The notes beneath the pieces are model-generated. The model did no database searches, was not told where the DNA came from, and saw only the letters and a program-made list of their open reading frames with translations. The translations under genes and the position numbers were made by a program. 34,827 bases of DNA from Chiloscyllium plagiosum (Eukaryota), in assembly GCF_004010195.1 (NCBI RefSeq), contig NC_057746.1, positions 33,154,597-33,189,423 of the forward strand. Direction: 5' to 3'. Of the stretch, positions 8,116 to 19,959 are shown in pieces; the stretch's first letter is position 1, and the number at the start of each line of letters is the position of its first letter.

Positions 8116-9325
8116 ACCTGCTCTGTACCCAATCTATACACCGTCTTTACCAAATCTTTACCCAGTCTTTACCAAATCTTTCCCTAGTCTTTACCAAATC
8201 TTTACCCAGTCTTTGCTAAATCTTAACCAGTCTTAACCAAATCTTTACCTCGTCTGTACCCTATCTATGCACAATCTTTGTTCTATTTTTATCCAGTCTT
8301 TACCTGCTCTTTATCTATTCTGGCCCAGTCTGTACATGATCTGTACCCCGTCTGGCCCAGTCTGTACCTGATCTGTACCCAGTCTGGCCCAGTCTGTACC
8401 CAGTCTACACCTGGCCTGTACCCCATCTGGCCCAATCAGTATGTGATCTGTACCCAATCTGGCCCACTCAGTACCTGATCTGTACCCCGTCTGGCCCAAC
8501 CTGTACCCAGTATGTACCTGGCCTGTACCCAGTCTGGCCCAGTCAGTACATGATCTGTAACCAGTCTGGCCCAGTCTGTACCTCATTGATACCCCAACTG
8601 GCATAGTCTGTACGTGATGTGTACCCAGTCTAGCCCAGCCTGTACCCCATCTGGCACAGTCTGTACCTCATCTGGCCCAGTCTGTACGTGATCTGTACCC
8701 AGTTTGGCCCAGTCTGTACTTGATCTGTACTCAGTCTGGTCCAGCCTGTACCAGGTCTGTACTGAGTCTGATCGAGTCTGTACCCTGTCTGGCCCAGTCA
8801 GTACCTGGTCTGTACCCAGTCTGGCCAAGTCTGTACCCCGTCTGGCCCAGTCAGTACCTGGTCTGTACTCAGTCTGGCCAAGTCTGTACCTGGTCTGTAC
8901 CCAGTCTGGCCCAGTCTGCACCTGTTCTGTACTCAGTCTGGCCCAGTTTCTACCTGGTCTGTACCCAGTCTGGCCCAGTTTCTACCTGGTCTGGCCCAGT
9001 CTGTACCTGGTCTGTACTTGATCTGGCCCAGTCAGTACCTGATCTGTATTTGGTCTGGCCCAGTCTGTACCTGGTCTGTACTCAGTCTGGTCTGGTCCGT
9101 ACCTCGTCTGGCCCACTCTATACCCAGTATGTCCCAATCTATACCTGGTTTGTATCCAGTCTGTAACCCGTCTGGACCACTTCTGATGTGGACTTGCTCT
9201 GGTCTTCTGTACCCAGTATGGCCCAGTTTGTACCTGGTCTGTACCCAATCTGGCCCAGCCTATTCCCAGTTTGTACACGATCTGGTCTGGTCTATACCAA
9301 GTCTGGCCCAGTTTCTCTATAACAG
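8116..9325. repeat. Minisatellite with ~32-bp higher-order unit (11+10+11 bp)
   Basis: TCTGTACCCAG-TCTGGCCCAG-TCTGTACCTGA/G repeated with variants; the left ~150 bp uses an 11-bp TCTTTACCMAR variant. Accounts for the repetitive ORFs at 8278-9344. Confidence 0.95.
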
Positions 9326-10004
9326 TCTGTGCCTCTGAAGTCACTGTAATGACTTTGTCTTTGAACTAGCCTTTGGGATCTTGTTGTGTTTGAGAAGGAG
9401 ACTCCATCTCCTCAGGTAGGAGCAGTAAACATTGGCACATTGACCACGACCACATCATGTCAATGAATGAAGGAAGGTCTGGCTGGGCCTGAAGTGGAGA
9501 CTGCTCCTCTCTGAGTGTGCAGTTCAGAGAAACAGAGATCCTGAGCAAGACTGGGCAGGATTGGAATGGGAGGAAATACCTAATCCAACAGTACTGCCAA
9601 AATCAATGTATCGCTCCATTCCTGCACAGTCAGAATTGTTATCTCTCTGAGTTTTTCCTCAGCAGCCTCAGGCAGGGCCCTGTGATGGTGATCCTTTGGT
9701 TTTCATGTTTATTGAATGAATCACTTTGTAAAAGACTGCATTACACTGGACACATATCTCCCCCTTACACACAGTACATTACCCACTACCCAACTCCCAG
9801 CTTCCACCCCCTTCTCTGTCCTATCCACCACCAGAGCTGCTGCTTAGGGTGAGCCATGCAGGAGGCTCGATTGTCTCTTTGCCTACCTGTGTGTTCTGGG
9901 GTAAAAGTGAGAAACAAAAAGAAACAACTGGTATTGCTATAGCAGCTGTCGCACCTCAGGATTGAACTTGATGCATAAATCACACATGGCGAGTGTGAAG
10001 CATT

Positions 10005-10235
10005 CACAGCCTGTCCCTAGTTGCTCCTGGACAGGGTGGGGGTGAGCTGCCTTCCTGAACCACTGCAGTCCATGTAGCGTGGATAAACCCACAATGCTAT
10101 TATTAGGGAGGGAATTCCAGGATTTTAAACCGGCGACAATGAAGGAAAAGCAACATATTTCCAAGTCAGAATGGTGTGGGTCTCAGAGGGACACCTCCCG
10201 GGGTGATGTTCCTGTGTCCTTCTAGATGGAAGGGG
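10005..10235 (-). mobile_element. L2/CR1-group LINE 3' fragment
   Basis: SFIVAGLKSWNSLPNNSIVGLSTLHGLQWFRKAAHPH; homologous to 17920-18050. Confidence 0.7.
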
Positions 10236-10736
10236 AGGAGAGTGTCAGGAGAGTGTCATCATCACCCGGCACTGTCAGATGTTGATGGCAGAGGCAGGGA
10301 CGGTGTGCTAAAGGTGTTGCAGAGCCAGGAATGTGAAAAGTTTTCTATTGTATATCTGATTTATATATCCTTCCCCAGAGTGTCCTGGGCAGAGAGAGCT
10401 ATTCGCCACGACTGGTATCTGTGTGTCTCTATCTCTCTCCATCCCACTCTATCAATATTGCCTCCACTTCACTCTCTCCCATACTCACCTCCAATATTTC
10501 ATCTGAACCAACACCCACAAGAGTAAAGTTTACATTACACTATGGTCAGGTAAGGACGATACTCCTGCTTTCCGATCGGATTTATAAGCGACTCTTGAGG
10601 TGGACTAGCTCTGAGGGGACAGGAGTTCTCAGATCTTGTATTTACAATCATTGGTGCAGTTCAGTTTCAAGTCAATGGTTAGCCCCAGCATGTTGAAAGT
10701 GAGGGACTCAGTGATGCTAATGCCATTGAATCTTAA

Positions 10737-11242
10737 TTATAGAATCGTCACAGTGTGGAAAGAGGCAGTTTGACTCATTGACTTGCCACTGACCCTCTGA
10801 AGAGCATCCCACCTGAAATAAGTCCACAGAAGCTGGAATCCCATCACCAAGTCGCCCTTTATTTACATCTGGAGAGCCCTTGATACTGATCCAGCTCCCC
10901 CAGAGCCAGCTCTCAGAGTGAAAGGATGTCTGACCCTTCTGTTTCTATCTATCACCAGATATTGGAGCAGGTTAACAGCTCCAATCAGGGAACTCATTTT
11001 CAATTATGTCTACAATGTCTACGCCATCCAGAGCCACCCCGTACCCTATCCCTAACCCTACATTTCCCATGGCTAACGTTCCTACCTACATATCTCTGAA
11101 AACTATGGTCAATCCACCCTAACCAACACAGCTTTGGACCGTAGGAGGAAACCGGACCACCCAGAGGAAAAGTATGCAGACAGTCGCCCAAGGGTAGAGT
11201 CCAACCCAGGTCCATGGTGCTGTGAGGCAGCAGTGCTAACCA
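10737..11242 (-). mobile_element. tRNA-derived SINE (HE1/V-SINE-like), interrupted at ~10815-11025
   Basis: 5' end GGGCAGCACTGTAGCTCAGTGGTTAGCACTGCTGCCTCACAGC with A and B boxes; 3' tail at 10737-10812. Homologous to 23692-23995 and 24490-24670. Confidence 0.75.
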
Positions 11243-11329
11243 CTGAGCTACAGTGCTGCCCTAAGGAGCAATGCGTAGATTCCCTCGTATTGGAGATGGT
11301 CGCTTGTCTGATGCAAATGTTCCTTGCCA

Positions 11330-12205
11330 CTTATCAGCTCAAACGTAGACATTGTCCAGGTCTTTCTGGGAAGGAGATTTTCAGAGAAGCTACTCAGAGC
11401 TGCTTTCACGACTGATGGGTTTTCTTACAGGGAAAGACTGAGCAGGTTGAACCAACACTGTTTGAATTTTAGGAAAATGAGGATGATCTCATTCAAAATT
11501 ATAAAATTCATGGGGAGGCTTGATAGGGTGGAAGAAGAGAAGGTAATTCCTCTTGTAGGGGCATCCACAGCTCAGGCCCAGTTTAATAACAAGGGCTGAG
11601 GAGGGATAGCTCGTCTTGAAAGTCTTCAGAATTCTCTGCACCAGAGAACAGCAGAGGGTGACTCACTGAATAACGTCAGGGCTGAGGCAAAGAGATTGCT
11701 GATTGACAGGAGAGAAAAGGCAGGATATTGCAGTGAGGGCCACAACCGAATCTTATTAAACATTGGAGAAGGCTGGAGGGGCTGAATGGCCTACTTTTGC
11801 ACCCATCCATTTCATTTATGACAAAGCAGAGGAGACTGAAGGGGATATGACTGAGATGGATAAAACTGAGGGGCATGAGCAGTATAGACAGGGAGATAAC
11901 TTTCCCCTTGGTGGAGGGATCAAGGAGCAGGGGCATTGACTGAAGGGAAGGGGCAGACGGTTAGGAAGGAATGTGATGAAAGACTTTTTCACCCAGAGGG
12001 TGGTGGGAATTTGGCACTCAATGCCCTTAAGGATGGTAGAAGCAGCCCTTGTAACACTGAGGCAGTATTTTGTGTGCAACTGCAGTGCCAAGGTATACAA
12101 GGCTACAGGCCAAGGAATGGGAAATGGGGCTCAATTACTTAAATGGTGGTTTTTGATCAGTGCAGATGCAATGGGCTGAAGAGCCTTGTTATGTGCTGTA
12201 AATCT
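11330..12205 (+). mobile_element. Two degenerate CR1 3' ends
   Basis: SYRERLSRL, FFTQRVVGIWHSMP motifs; tails near 11790 and 12180. Confidence 0.7.
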
Positions 12206-12917
12206 CAGTGAGGTAATAACATCCGGTCATAATCAGATGGAAAACCATCTGATTTGAAAGAGAGTGCCTCTGACCATGCGGTGTCCCTCAGTGTGTCGCT
12301 GGGGAGTGTCAGCCTGCATGGAGTTTCTGAAATAGAAATGTTGGGAGGAGCATCCATCCCCTCACCCTCCTCCAGCCATGGTCGATGCCAAGATGGATCA
12401 CCGGGGTGAGTGAAGGAACCCTTGTGGTAGTTTGGAAAGGGATGATGTTGACTCAGTACAGGCTTCAGGATGGGAGCTGAGAGAGATCACTCAGTGAAGT
12501 GTAAAACAGACAGTTTGTGCCATCACACAGCAACTCCCTGCCAAAGTGCAGCTCTTCATATCCCTTCACCTGAGCTGGGCTGGGTTGGGCTGGCCTGGGC
12601 TGGGCTGGATAATGTTCAGGCCTGTCACCAGATGATTGCAGGTGAGGAGTGGACCACAAATTGTTCCGTTTGTCCTCCCACACCTCCAGCTTTGGCAGGT
12701 TCAGCTGCTGCCTGTCTCCCCAGGCCCCGGCGGATCAAACAGACATTTTCACAGAGTGTTCACGAAGGTGGGGTGGGTCATGTGTCAACCTGTGCTCATC
12801 GCAAGCTCAGCTGCTTTGGCAGTTTGTCATAAATCAACTGCTTTGAAGCTGTTTGAACCAGAATAAATAGTACTTGTAGCATTACGTTCAGCCACCAGCT
12901 GGTGTGGCATGTCCTTT

Positions 12918-13840
12918 CTTTTCATATTCACTCATGGGATATGGGTAGCGCTGTCTGGGCCCAGCATTTATTGCTCAAGATTAGTTGCCCCTTGAGAAGG
13001 TGGTATTTCCAAGTCAGACAGTGAGGGGAACTTGCAGATGGTGGTGTTCCCATGTTGCTGCTGCCCTTGTCCTTCTAGATGGAAATGGGTTTGGAAGGTG
13101 CTGTCTAGATATCTTCGGAGAATTTCTGCACTGCATTTGTAGATGATACACACTGCTGCTATTGAGTGTTGGTGGTGGAGTGACTGGATGTTTATGATGT
13201 GATGCCCATAAAGCGGGCTGCTTTGTCCTAGATGGCGCCGGGTTTCTTGAGTGTTGTTGGACCTGCACCCATCCAGGCAAGTGGGAGAGTATTCCACCAC
13301 ACTCCTGACCTGTCCCTTGTAGATGGTTGGCAGGTTATTGGGAGTCAGGTCAGGTCAGTACTCATTGCAGGATTCCTGGTCTCCAACCTGCTATTGTAGC
13401 CATTATGGTTATTATGGCCAGACCAGCTCAGGTTCTGGTCAATGACACCCTCTCAGGATGTTGATAGTGTGGGATTCAGATAGTAATACCCTCAATTCAA
13501 CATTCATTGGTTAGCTTCTCTGTTGGTGGAGATGACCATTGCCTGGCATGAATGTTACTTGCCATTTTGCAGCCCAAGCCTGGATATTATCCCGGTTTTG
13601 CTTAATTTGAACATGGACTGCTTCGGTATCTGAGGGTTGGCGAATGGTGCTGAACATTGCGCAATCATCAGCGAACATTCCCACTTCTGACCTTATGATG
13701 GAGGGAAGGTCATTGAGGCAGCAGAAGAAGATGGTTGGGCCAAGGATACTACCCAGAGATGCCCTGGAGCTGAGATGACTGCCCTCTGACAACCACAACC
13801 ATCTTCCTATGTGCTAGGTATGACTCCAACCAACAGAGAG
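12918..13840 (-). mobile_element. L2/CR1-group LINE RT to 3' end
   Basis: GSILGPTIFFCCLNDLPSIIRSEVGMFADD (RT motifs) and the family 3' tail at ~12920-13000. Confidence 0.85.
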
Positions 13841-13844
13841 AATC

Positions 13845-14110
13845 CATAACATGAAAGGCCCTCTGGTCACAGAATTAATCCTCCTGCTTATAGATCTGTC
13901 TGCAGATGGATATTAGACTGGACTTTGGAAACAAATCATCAGTCCATATGAATTACAGAAAGCTAGTGTCAAATTACAGCAGACAACAAGGAAGGCCAAT
14001 GGAATTTTGGCATTTATTGCGAAAGGAATAATGTGTAAAAGTAGGGACATGTTACTGTAACTGGATAAGGCATTAGTGAGACTGCAATTGGAGGATTGTG
14101 TACAATCTCC
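13845..14110 (+). mobile_element. CR1 fragment between the two LINE pieces
   Basis: GAAGGCCAATGGAATTTTGGCATTTATTGCG (KANGILAFIA) ... GCATTAGTGAGACTGCAATTGGAGGATTGTGTACAA. Confidence 0.6.
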
Positions 14111-14595
14111 TGGAGCTGAGAAGACTGACCTCCAATAACCACCACCATCTTCCCATTGTGTCAGGTATGACTCCAACCACCAGAGAGTTGGCCCCGGATA
14201 CCCATAGATTCCAGTTTTGCTGGGTCTCCTTGATGTAACAGTCAAATGCAGCCCTTGATGTCAAGGGTTGTCACTCTCCCCTCACCTTTGGATTCAGCTC
14301 TTTTGTCCATGCTTGAACCAAGGCTGTTATGAGATCAGGAGCTGAGTGACCCTGGAGGAACCTAAACTGGGCATCACTGAGCAGGTTATTGCTGAGCAGG
14401 TGCTGCTTGATAGCACTGTTGATGAGCCTTTCCATCACTTTACTGACAATAGAGAGGAGACTGATGGGGCGGTTATTGGCCGGGTTGGATTTTCTGCACT
14501 GGATATACCAGAGCAACTTTCCACATTGTTGGGTAGATGCAAGTGTTGTAATTGTGGTAGGACAGCTTGGCTAATGGAGTGGCAAGTTCTGGAAA
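14105..14595 (-). mobile_element. L2/CR1-group LINE RT N-terminal fragment
   Basis: NPANNRPISLLSIVSKVMERLIN...QFRFLQGHS. Confidence 0.85.
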
Positions 14596-15574
14596 TTAAA
14601 TGATGCAAGTTAAAGATTGCCCCAATCCGGATTGGGGAAATGACAATGTTTGCTGTGTACAGAAGTTCATTAAAATGTCATGAAAAGGTGCAGAAGGTGA
14701 TCTGAAAGACCAATGGGGAATTCCAGAGAACAACTGTTAGAAGTAGTACATCAGGCAATGTTTCTTCGACAGCACATTCCAAAACTCACAAGCCCTATCA
14801 CCGAGACCGACAAGTGCAGCAGATACATAGGAATACCTTCAAGCTCCCCCTCCAAGCCACTTGTTATGCTGATCTGGAAATATATCTTTCAAAATCCTGC
14901 AATTTCCTCTTGATCGGCAATGTGGGTCTGGCACCACCATTCAGACAGCATGGCTCCAAGTCGGCTTCTTACCAATGGCAGATACAGGAAGGGCATCAAA
15001 TGCCAGGCTTACTACCACCCAGACCCCAGGAAGAGTGGCAAAAAAGAAATTAGCTCCAAACCTTGTCCCACCTGCCCTGGGAGTACTGTGAGCAGTCCTG
15101 AGCTCCACATTTGGAAAGACTCAGGATTTGCCTGTGTAATTCCAGGGGTTACCTTACACAAAGTGGGATCGTTTACAGAAGGTAAAGAGTTGAATTGAAT
15201 GAAACTTTTTTCAGGAAGCAAGGCAGGTGGGCAGGATAGATTGTGAGAAACTATTTCTGGTCAGTACAAAAGCTAGGACCATGAAGCTCACCCTGGAAGA
15301 GAGAATCCAGCATTTCCAGAGTTAAATCAGGAAGCACTTTGATATCGAGATGACAATGGCAGATGGGAGTTCTCTTCCACCAATGGTACTTGATCAAGTG
15401 TCAACTTTAGTACTGAGTTTGATGGCTTTTTGTCAGCTCAAGGTAACAGCAAAAAGGTCAGAGGGGGTCATTTAATCACAGATCAGCCTGAATTTCATTG
15501 ACATCTGTCTCTCCATTCCCAACAGAACAGAATGCAAAACTGGTGTAACCCAGAGGACAATGGGTGAGAAGTGA

Positions 15575-16600
15575 GCAAATAGCAGCAATTATCCCATGGC
15601 CTCGAGCATGCTCTGCAGTGCTCTACGATCGGGACTGATCTCATCTCAGCCTCAACTCCATCATCTTGCCCACTCTTCATAACTCCTCAACACACTATTA
15701 ATTAAAAATCTGTCTGTGTCCTCCTTATTGAAGTTAGGTGGACAGGCAGGTAGTGCTGAGGAAGTAGGGAGGCTGCAGAAGGATCTAGACAGTTTGGGAG
15801 AGTGGTCCAGGAAATGGCTGATGGAATTCAATGTGAGCAAATGCGAGGTCTTGCACTTTGGAAAAAAGAATACAAGCATGGACTACTTTCTAAACGGTGA
15901 GAAAATTCATAAAGCGTGTCCAGCGGAGATTCACACGGATGATCCCTGGAATGGTAGGTCTAACATACGAGGAACGGCTAAGAATCCTGGGATTGTACAC
16001 ATTGGAGTTTAGAAGGTTAAGGGGAGATCTAATAGAAACTTACAAGATAATACATGGCTTGGAGAGGGTGGATGCTAGGAAATTGTTTCCGTTAGGTGAG
16101 GAGACTAGGACCCGTGGACACAGCCTTAGAATTAGAGGGGGTCAATTCAGAACAGAAATGCGGAGACATTTCTTCAGCCAGAGAGTGGTGGGCCTGTGGA
16201 ATTCATTGCCGCAGAGTGCAGTGGAGGCCAGGACGCTAAATGTCTTCAAGGCAGAGATTGATAAATTCTTAATGTGACAAGGAATTAAGGGCTACGGGGA
16301 GAATGCGGGTAAGTTGAGTTGGAACGCCCATCAGCCATGATTGAATGGTGGAGTGGACTCGATGGGCCGAATGGCCTTATTTCCACTCTTAAGTCTTATG
16401 GTCTTATGGTCTTATTGTTAATATTCCAGCATTCATCAAAACTATGACCTCTCCTGGATTGACCCACAAGGAGAAACATCCCCTCTACATCTCGACCTTG
16501 TCAATTCTCTTTAGCATCTTATATCCTCCAACTAGATCACTTCTCAATCTTCCAAACTCCAGACAGTGTAGGCCTAAATGCTCAATCTTTCTTCATTTCT
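15575..16600 (-). mobile_element. Older CR1 3' end split by a younger CR1 insertion
   Basis: Minus-strand tail at 15575-15730 resumes at 16418-16600. Confidence 0.55.
15731..16414 (+). mobile_element. Younger 5'-truncated CR1 with internal deletion
   Basis: LQKDLDSLGEWSRKWLMEFNVSKCEVLHFG, then open RVQRRFTRMIPG...VFKAEIDKFL. Tail (GGTCTTAT)n. Possible TSD CTTATTG at 15724-15730 and 16411-16417. Confidence 0.9.
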
Positions 16601-17424
16601 GGCATTGAAAATGTTGCAGCAGTTTGTGGGCAGAGTTGAGAAATGTAATGGTCATGGTATCAGAAACCCTGTCATTAGTATGTGACGACAAGTCAAAGTA
16701 AGTTGTGGTGAATGCGGTGTACAGGAAGGAAATGGCTAAGTGAGGGCTGTCGCAACACAAACTCAGGGACAGCCATGAATACAGGGTGGATGGTATTGCA
16801 CAGTTGCCTCATCAGGGAAATGCAGAAATCTTAATCATTACACTTCCTCGTACTCACATCAGAATGATGTAATTAACTGTACAAATCATCTGACCCCTGG
16901 AAGCCCTTAACAATCTTGTCAAGACGATCATGAGCATTTCTGGTGATACACCATGACATCCGATGAATCGTTAACACGTTAATGGTCTTTGGTAACAGAG
17001 TCCTGTACCCTGCGTATAAAGGCTCAATTACTCAATCAATAGAAAATATTATTCCAATGTCTTAATTTATATGAAAGGCAAATACAAAATGTGCTATCAT
17101 TTATGAACAGCAAATAAACTAACATTTCAGGTAACTCACAGCACTTTTCTCCTCCTAACCAAGAAAGCGAATGAAACAACTAATAAATATGAATGTTCTG
17201 ATTTATTGAAAAGACCTGAGGGAGACTGATGCATACTTGGCTCGCTACTTCAGGTGTCTTGTGAAGATTATTCACTGATTGATAATTTAGTTTTTTGATT
17301 GATTCATTTCTTTGTGGTTTACAACTGTGTGTCGAATAAAACAACAGCCATTTTTATCAACCAGAATATAAAGCAACTCCGGACAGATCTGGTCAGGTCT
17401 GAGCTATTAATTCTGTTTCGCTAA

Positions 17425-18115
17425 TAGCATTACCACCATTGAATCCCCCACTATCAACATCCTGGAGGCTACCATTGACTAGACAATCAACTGGGTTCAC
17501 CACATGAACACAACGTTGACAAGAGCAGATCAGAGGCTACGAATCCTGCAGCGAGCAACTCATCTCCTGACTCCCTAAAGTCTGCCTCACCATCTGCAAG
17601 GCACACATCAGGAGTGTGATGGAATACTCCCCACTTGCCTGGATGGGTGCAGCTCCAATAGCACTCAAGAAGCCTCGACACCATCCAGGACAAAGTAGCC
17701 CACTTCATTGGCACCACATCCATAAACATCCACTCCCTCCACCACCGATGCTCAGTCATAGCAGTATGTACAAGAAGTGCTGCAGAAGGTCTCCTGAGAT
17801 AGCTTCTTTTAAGCCCATGACCTTCAACAACTAGAATGTCAAGGGCAGCAGATACACGGGAACATCATGCCCTGAAAGTTCCTCTCCGAGCCACTCACCA
17901 TTCTGACTTGGAAATAGGTCACCGTTCCTTCAGTGTCACTTGCTCAAAATCCTGGAATTCCCTCCCTAAGGGCATTGTGGGTCAACCACAGTACATGGAC
18001 TGCAGTGGTTCAAGAAGGCAGCTCACCCCCACCTTCTCAAGGGACAACTAGAGACGGGGAATAAATGCAAGACCCACACCACACCCCTCACCCCATTCCC
18101 GTAAATGAATAAAAA
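17425..18115 (+). mobile_element. L2/CR1-group LINE 3' portion
   Basis: MEYSPLAWMGAAP...SFSVTCSKSWNSLPKGIVG; ends GAATAAAAA. Confidence 0.85.
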
Positions 18116-18279
18116 TTAATATGCTGCCAGACCTGCTGCGTTTCTCCAGCAAATGTCATTCTAAAATGGTGTTCTATTCTGTGGTATTCAAAAGGTTAAG
18201 GAGTGATTAAGGAGGTTTTCTATAGTGTGGAGTTGGAGAAGCATGTCCTGTTAGCGATGGAGACTTTTGTAAATTCTGG

Positions 18280-18482
18280 TATGGGAGGTGGGTGTCATGG
18301 GCAAGACTGGCATGTGCTGCCCATCTTTCATTGTCCTTGAACTGAGCTGCTTGCTCGGCCATTTCATAAGCACAATGCAGTGGGTCTGGGTCACATCGGG
18401 GCTAGACCAGGTCAGGACGGCAGCTTTCCTTCCCTAAAGGACACCCTAAAGTTTTTTTCAGTTTTTTACAGCAAGAATGGTA
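18280..18482 (-). mobile_element. SINE fragment (family of 25757-26002)
   Basis: GTGGGTCTGGGTCACATCGGGGCTAGACCAGGTCAGGACGGCAG matches the reversed family core. Confidence 0.5.
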
Positions 18483-18494
18483 AAAAAGACGATA

Positions 18495-18866
18495 TCGGGG
18501 AAACTTGCCACCAGGATACATGAACACCAAAAGACACGAACCACTATCACTAGTTTCTATACATACAGACAAAGAAGGACACCACTTTGACTGAGACAAC
18601 AGACACTTCTTAGGACAGATGAAACAAAGACGTGCACAAGAATTCTTAGAGTTCTAATCAGAACTCCATCAATAAACACATCGACTTAGATCCTATCTAC
18701 ATCCCTTCAAAAAAATGAACCACCCACTTTAAGAAACCAAGACCTCTAAATAGAGAGGCAGGACATACCATCAGTGCTTCACCAGAGACTCTCACTGATG
18801 ACGTTACTTAGTATGGTGATGAAATGTCTGAAAACAAACCTTCCAGCTCAGCGAGCTAACTTAGAC
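18495..18866 (+). mobile_element. Penelope-like element 3' end: GIY-YIG endonuclease C-terminus plus pLTR
   Basis: Manual translation across frameshifts: GKLATRIHEHQ / KRHEPLSLVSIHTDKEGHHFD*DNRHFLGQMKQRRAQEFLE / NSINKHIDLDPIY, followed by a hammerhead motif. Confidence 0.8.
18792..18831 (+). ncRNA. Minimal hammerhead ribozyme motif in the Penelope pLTR
   Basis: UCA-CUGAUGA-C-GUUAC(UUAGUAUG)GUGAU-GAAA-UG-UC^UGA. Core intact; helix III ACGU appears mutated to AUGU. Confidence 0.65.
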
Positions 18867-18924
18867 TGAGCAGTATGATGTTACGGCTGCAGAGAAGGTG
18901 CACAGAGAGCATGATCGATATTAA

Positions 18925-19730
18925 ATTTGAAATTTGAGAGGTCTTTTCAGAAATCTATTAGCAGCAGGAAAGAAGCTGTTCTTGAGTCTGTTTGTACCTT
19001 TATACAAACTTTTATATCCTCTGCCCGACAGAAGAGGGTGGAGGAGAGTATAATTGGGGTGGGCGGGATCTTTGTTGATGTTGGTTGCTTTCCTAAGGCA
19101 CCAGGACATATAGATGGAGTTAATAGATGGACGGCTGGTTTGCGTGATGGACTAGGCTGTGATTACAATTCTCTGTAGTTTCCTATGGTCTTGGGTGGAG
19201 TAGTTGCCATACCACGCTGTGATGCTTCTGGATAGGATATGGTGCATCTACAAAAATTACTGAGTTCTGTGGACATGCTAAATTTCTTTAGCTTCCTGAG
19301 TAGAAGTATTGTTGTGCTTTCTTCACCGTCATGGACTAGGACAGGCTGTTAGTGATCATCACTCCCAGGAACTTGACATTCCCAACCATCTCCACCTCAG
19401 CACCATTGATGCAGACAGGGGCATGTTCTCCACTTCACTTCCTGAAGTCAATGACCAGCTCTTTTATTTTGCAGACATTGCTGGAGAAATCGTTGTATAT
19501 ACACCATGCTGATAACCACTCTATCTCTTTCTGGTGGTGTCATCAACAAACTTGTAAATGGAGTTGGGGCAGAATTTGGCCACACAATCTTGGGTGTATA
19601 GGAATTGGGAAGGGGGCTGAATTCATAGCATTGCAAGGGACCAGTGTTGAGGAATATCACGGAGGAGTTGTTGCCTATTCTTACTGACGGTGATCTATGG
19701 GTCAGAAAGTCAAGGATCCAGTCACAGAGT
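18925..19730 (-). mobile_element. Rex1/Babar-type LINE, RT to C-terminus
   Basis: ALCDWILDFLTHRSPSVRIGNNSSVIFLNTGP and RKATNINKDPAHPNYTLLHPLLSGRGY...RLKNSFFPAA. Confidence 0.8.
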
Positions 19731-19959
19731 GCAGGAGGTGGGGGTTGGGGTGGTAAAGGAGTAAGTGAGAGGTGGAAATGGAGCCCAGAGGCAGAGAAAG
19801 ACAGACAGACAAAGGGATGGAGAATGGTGAGCCAGGGAAAGAGAAGAGCTGCTAATGGTAACCATAAGTAGATGACATCTGCTGATTCTCTGTGGAAGAC
19901 AGCTGCCAATCGTCAGAAGAGAGCAAAATGTATGTTCAAACCTTTTGCAGCTTTAAATC

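Noticed and set aside
8116-9325. CRISPR-like array or repetitive protein gene
   Set aside because: There are no unique spacers, the context is eukaryotic, and ORFs in many frames on both strands are expected from a stop-poor tandem repeat.
11170-11242. tRNA genes (also 24600-24670)
   Set aside because: The A/B boxes belong to SINE heads that continue into SINE body; I could not fold a cloverleaf.
11700-11709. Perfect TGATTGACAG PBX-MEIS decamer
   Set aside because: Lies inside a decayed CR1 3' end with no supporting context.
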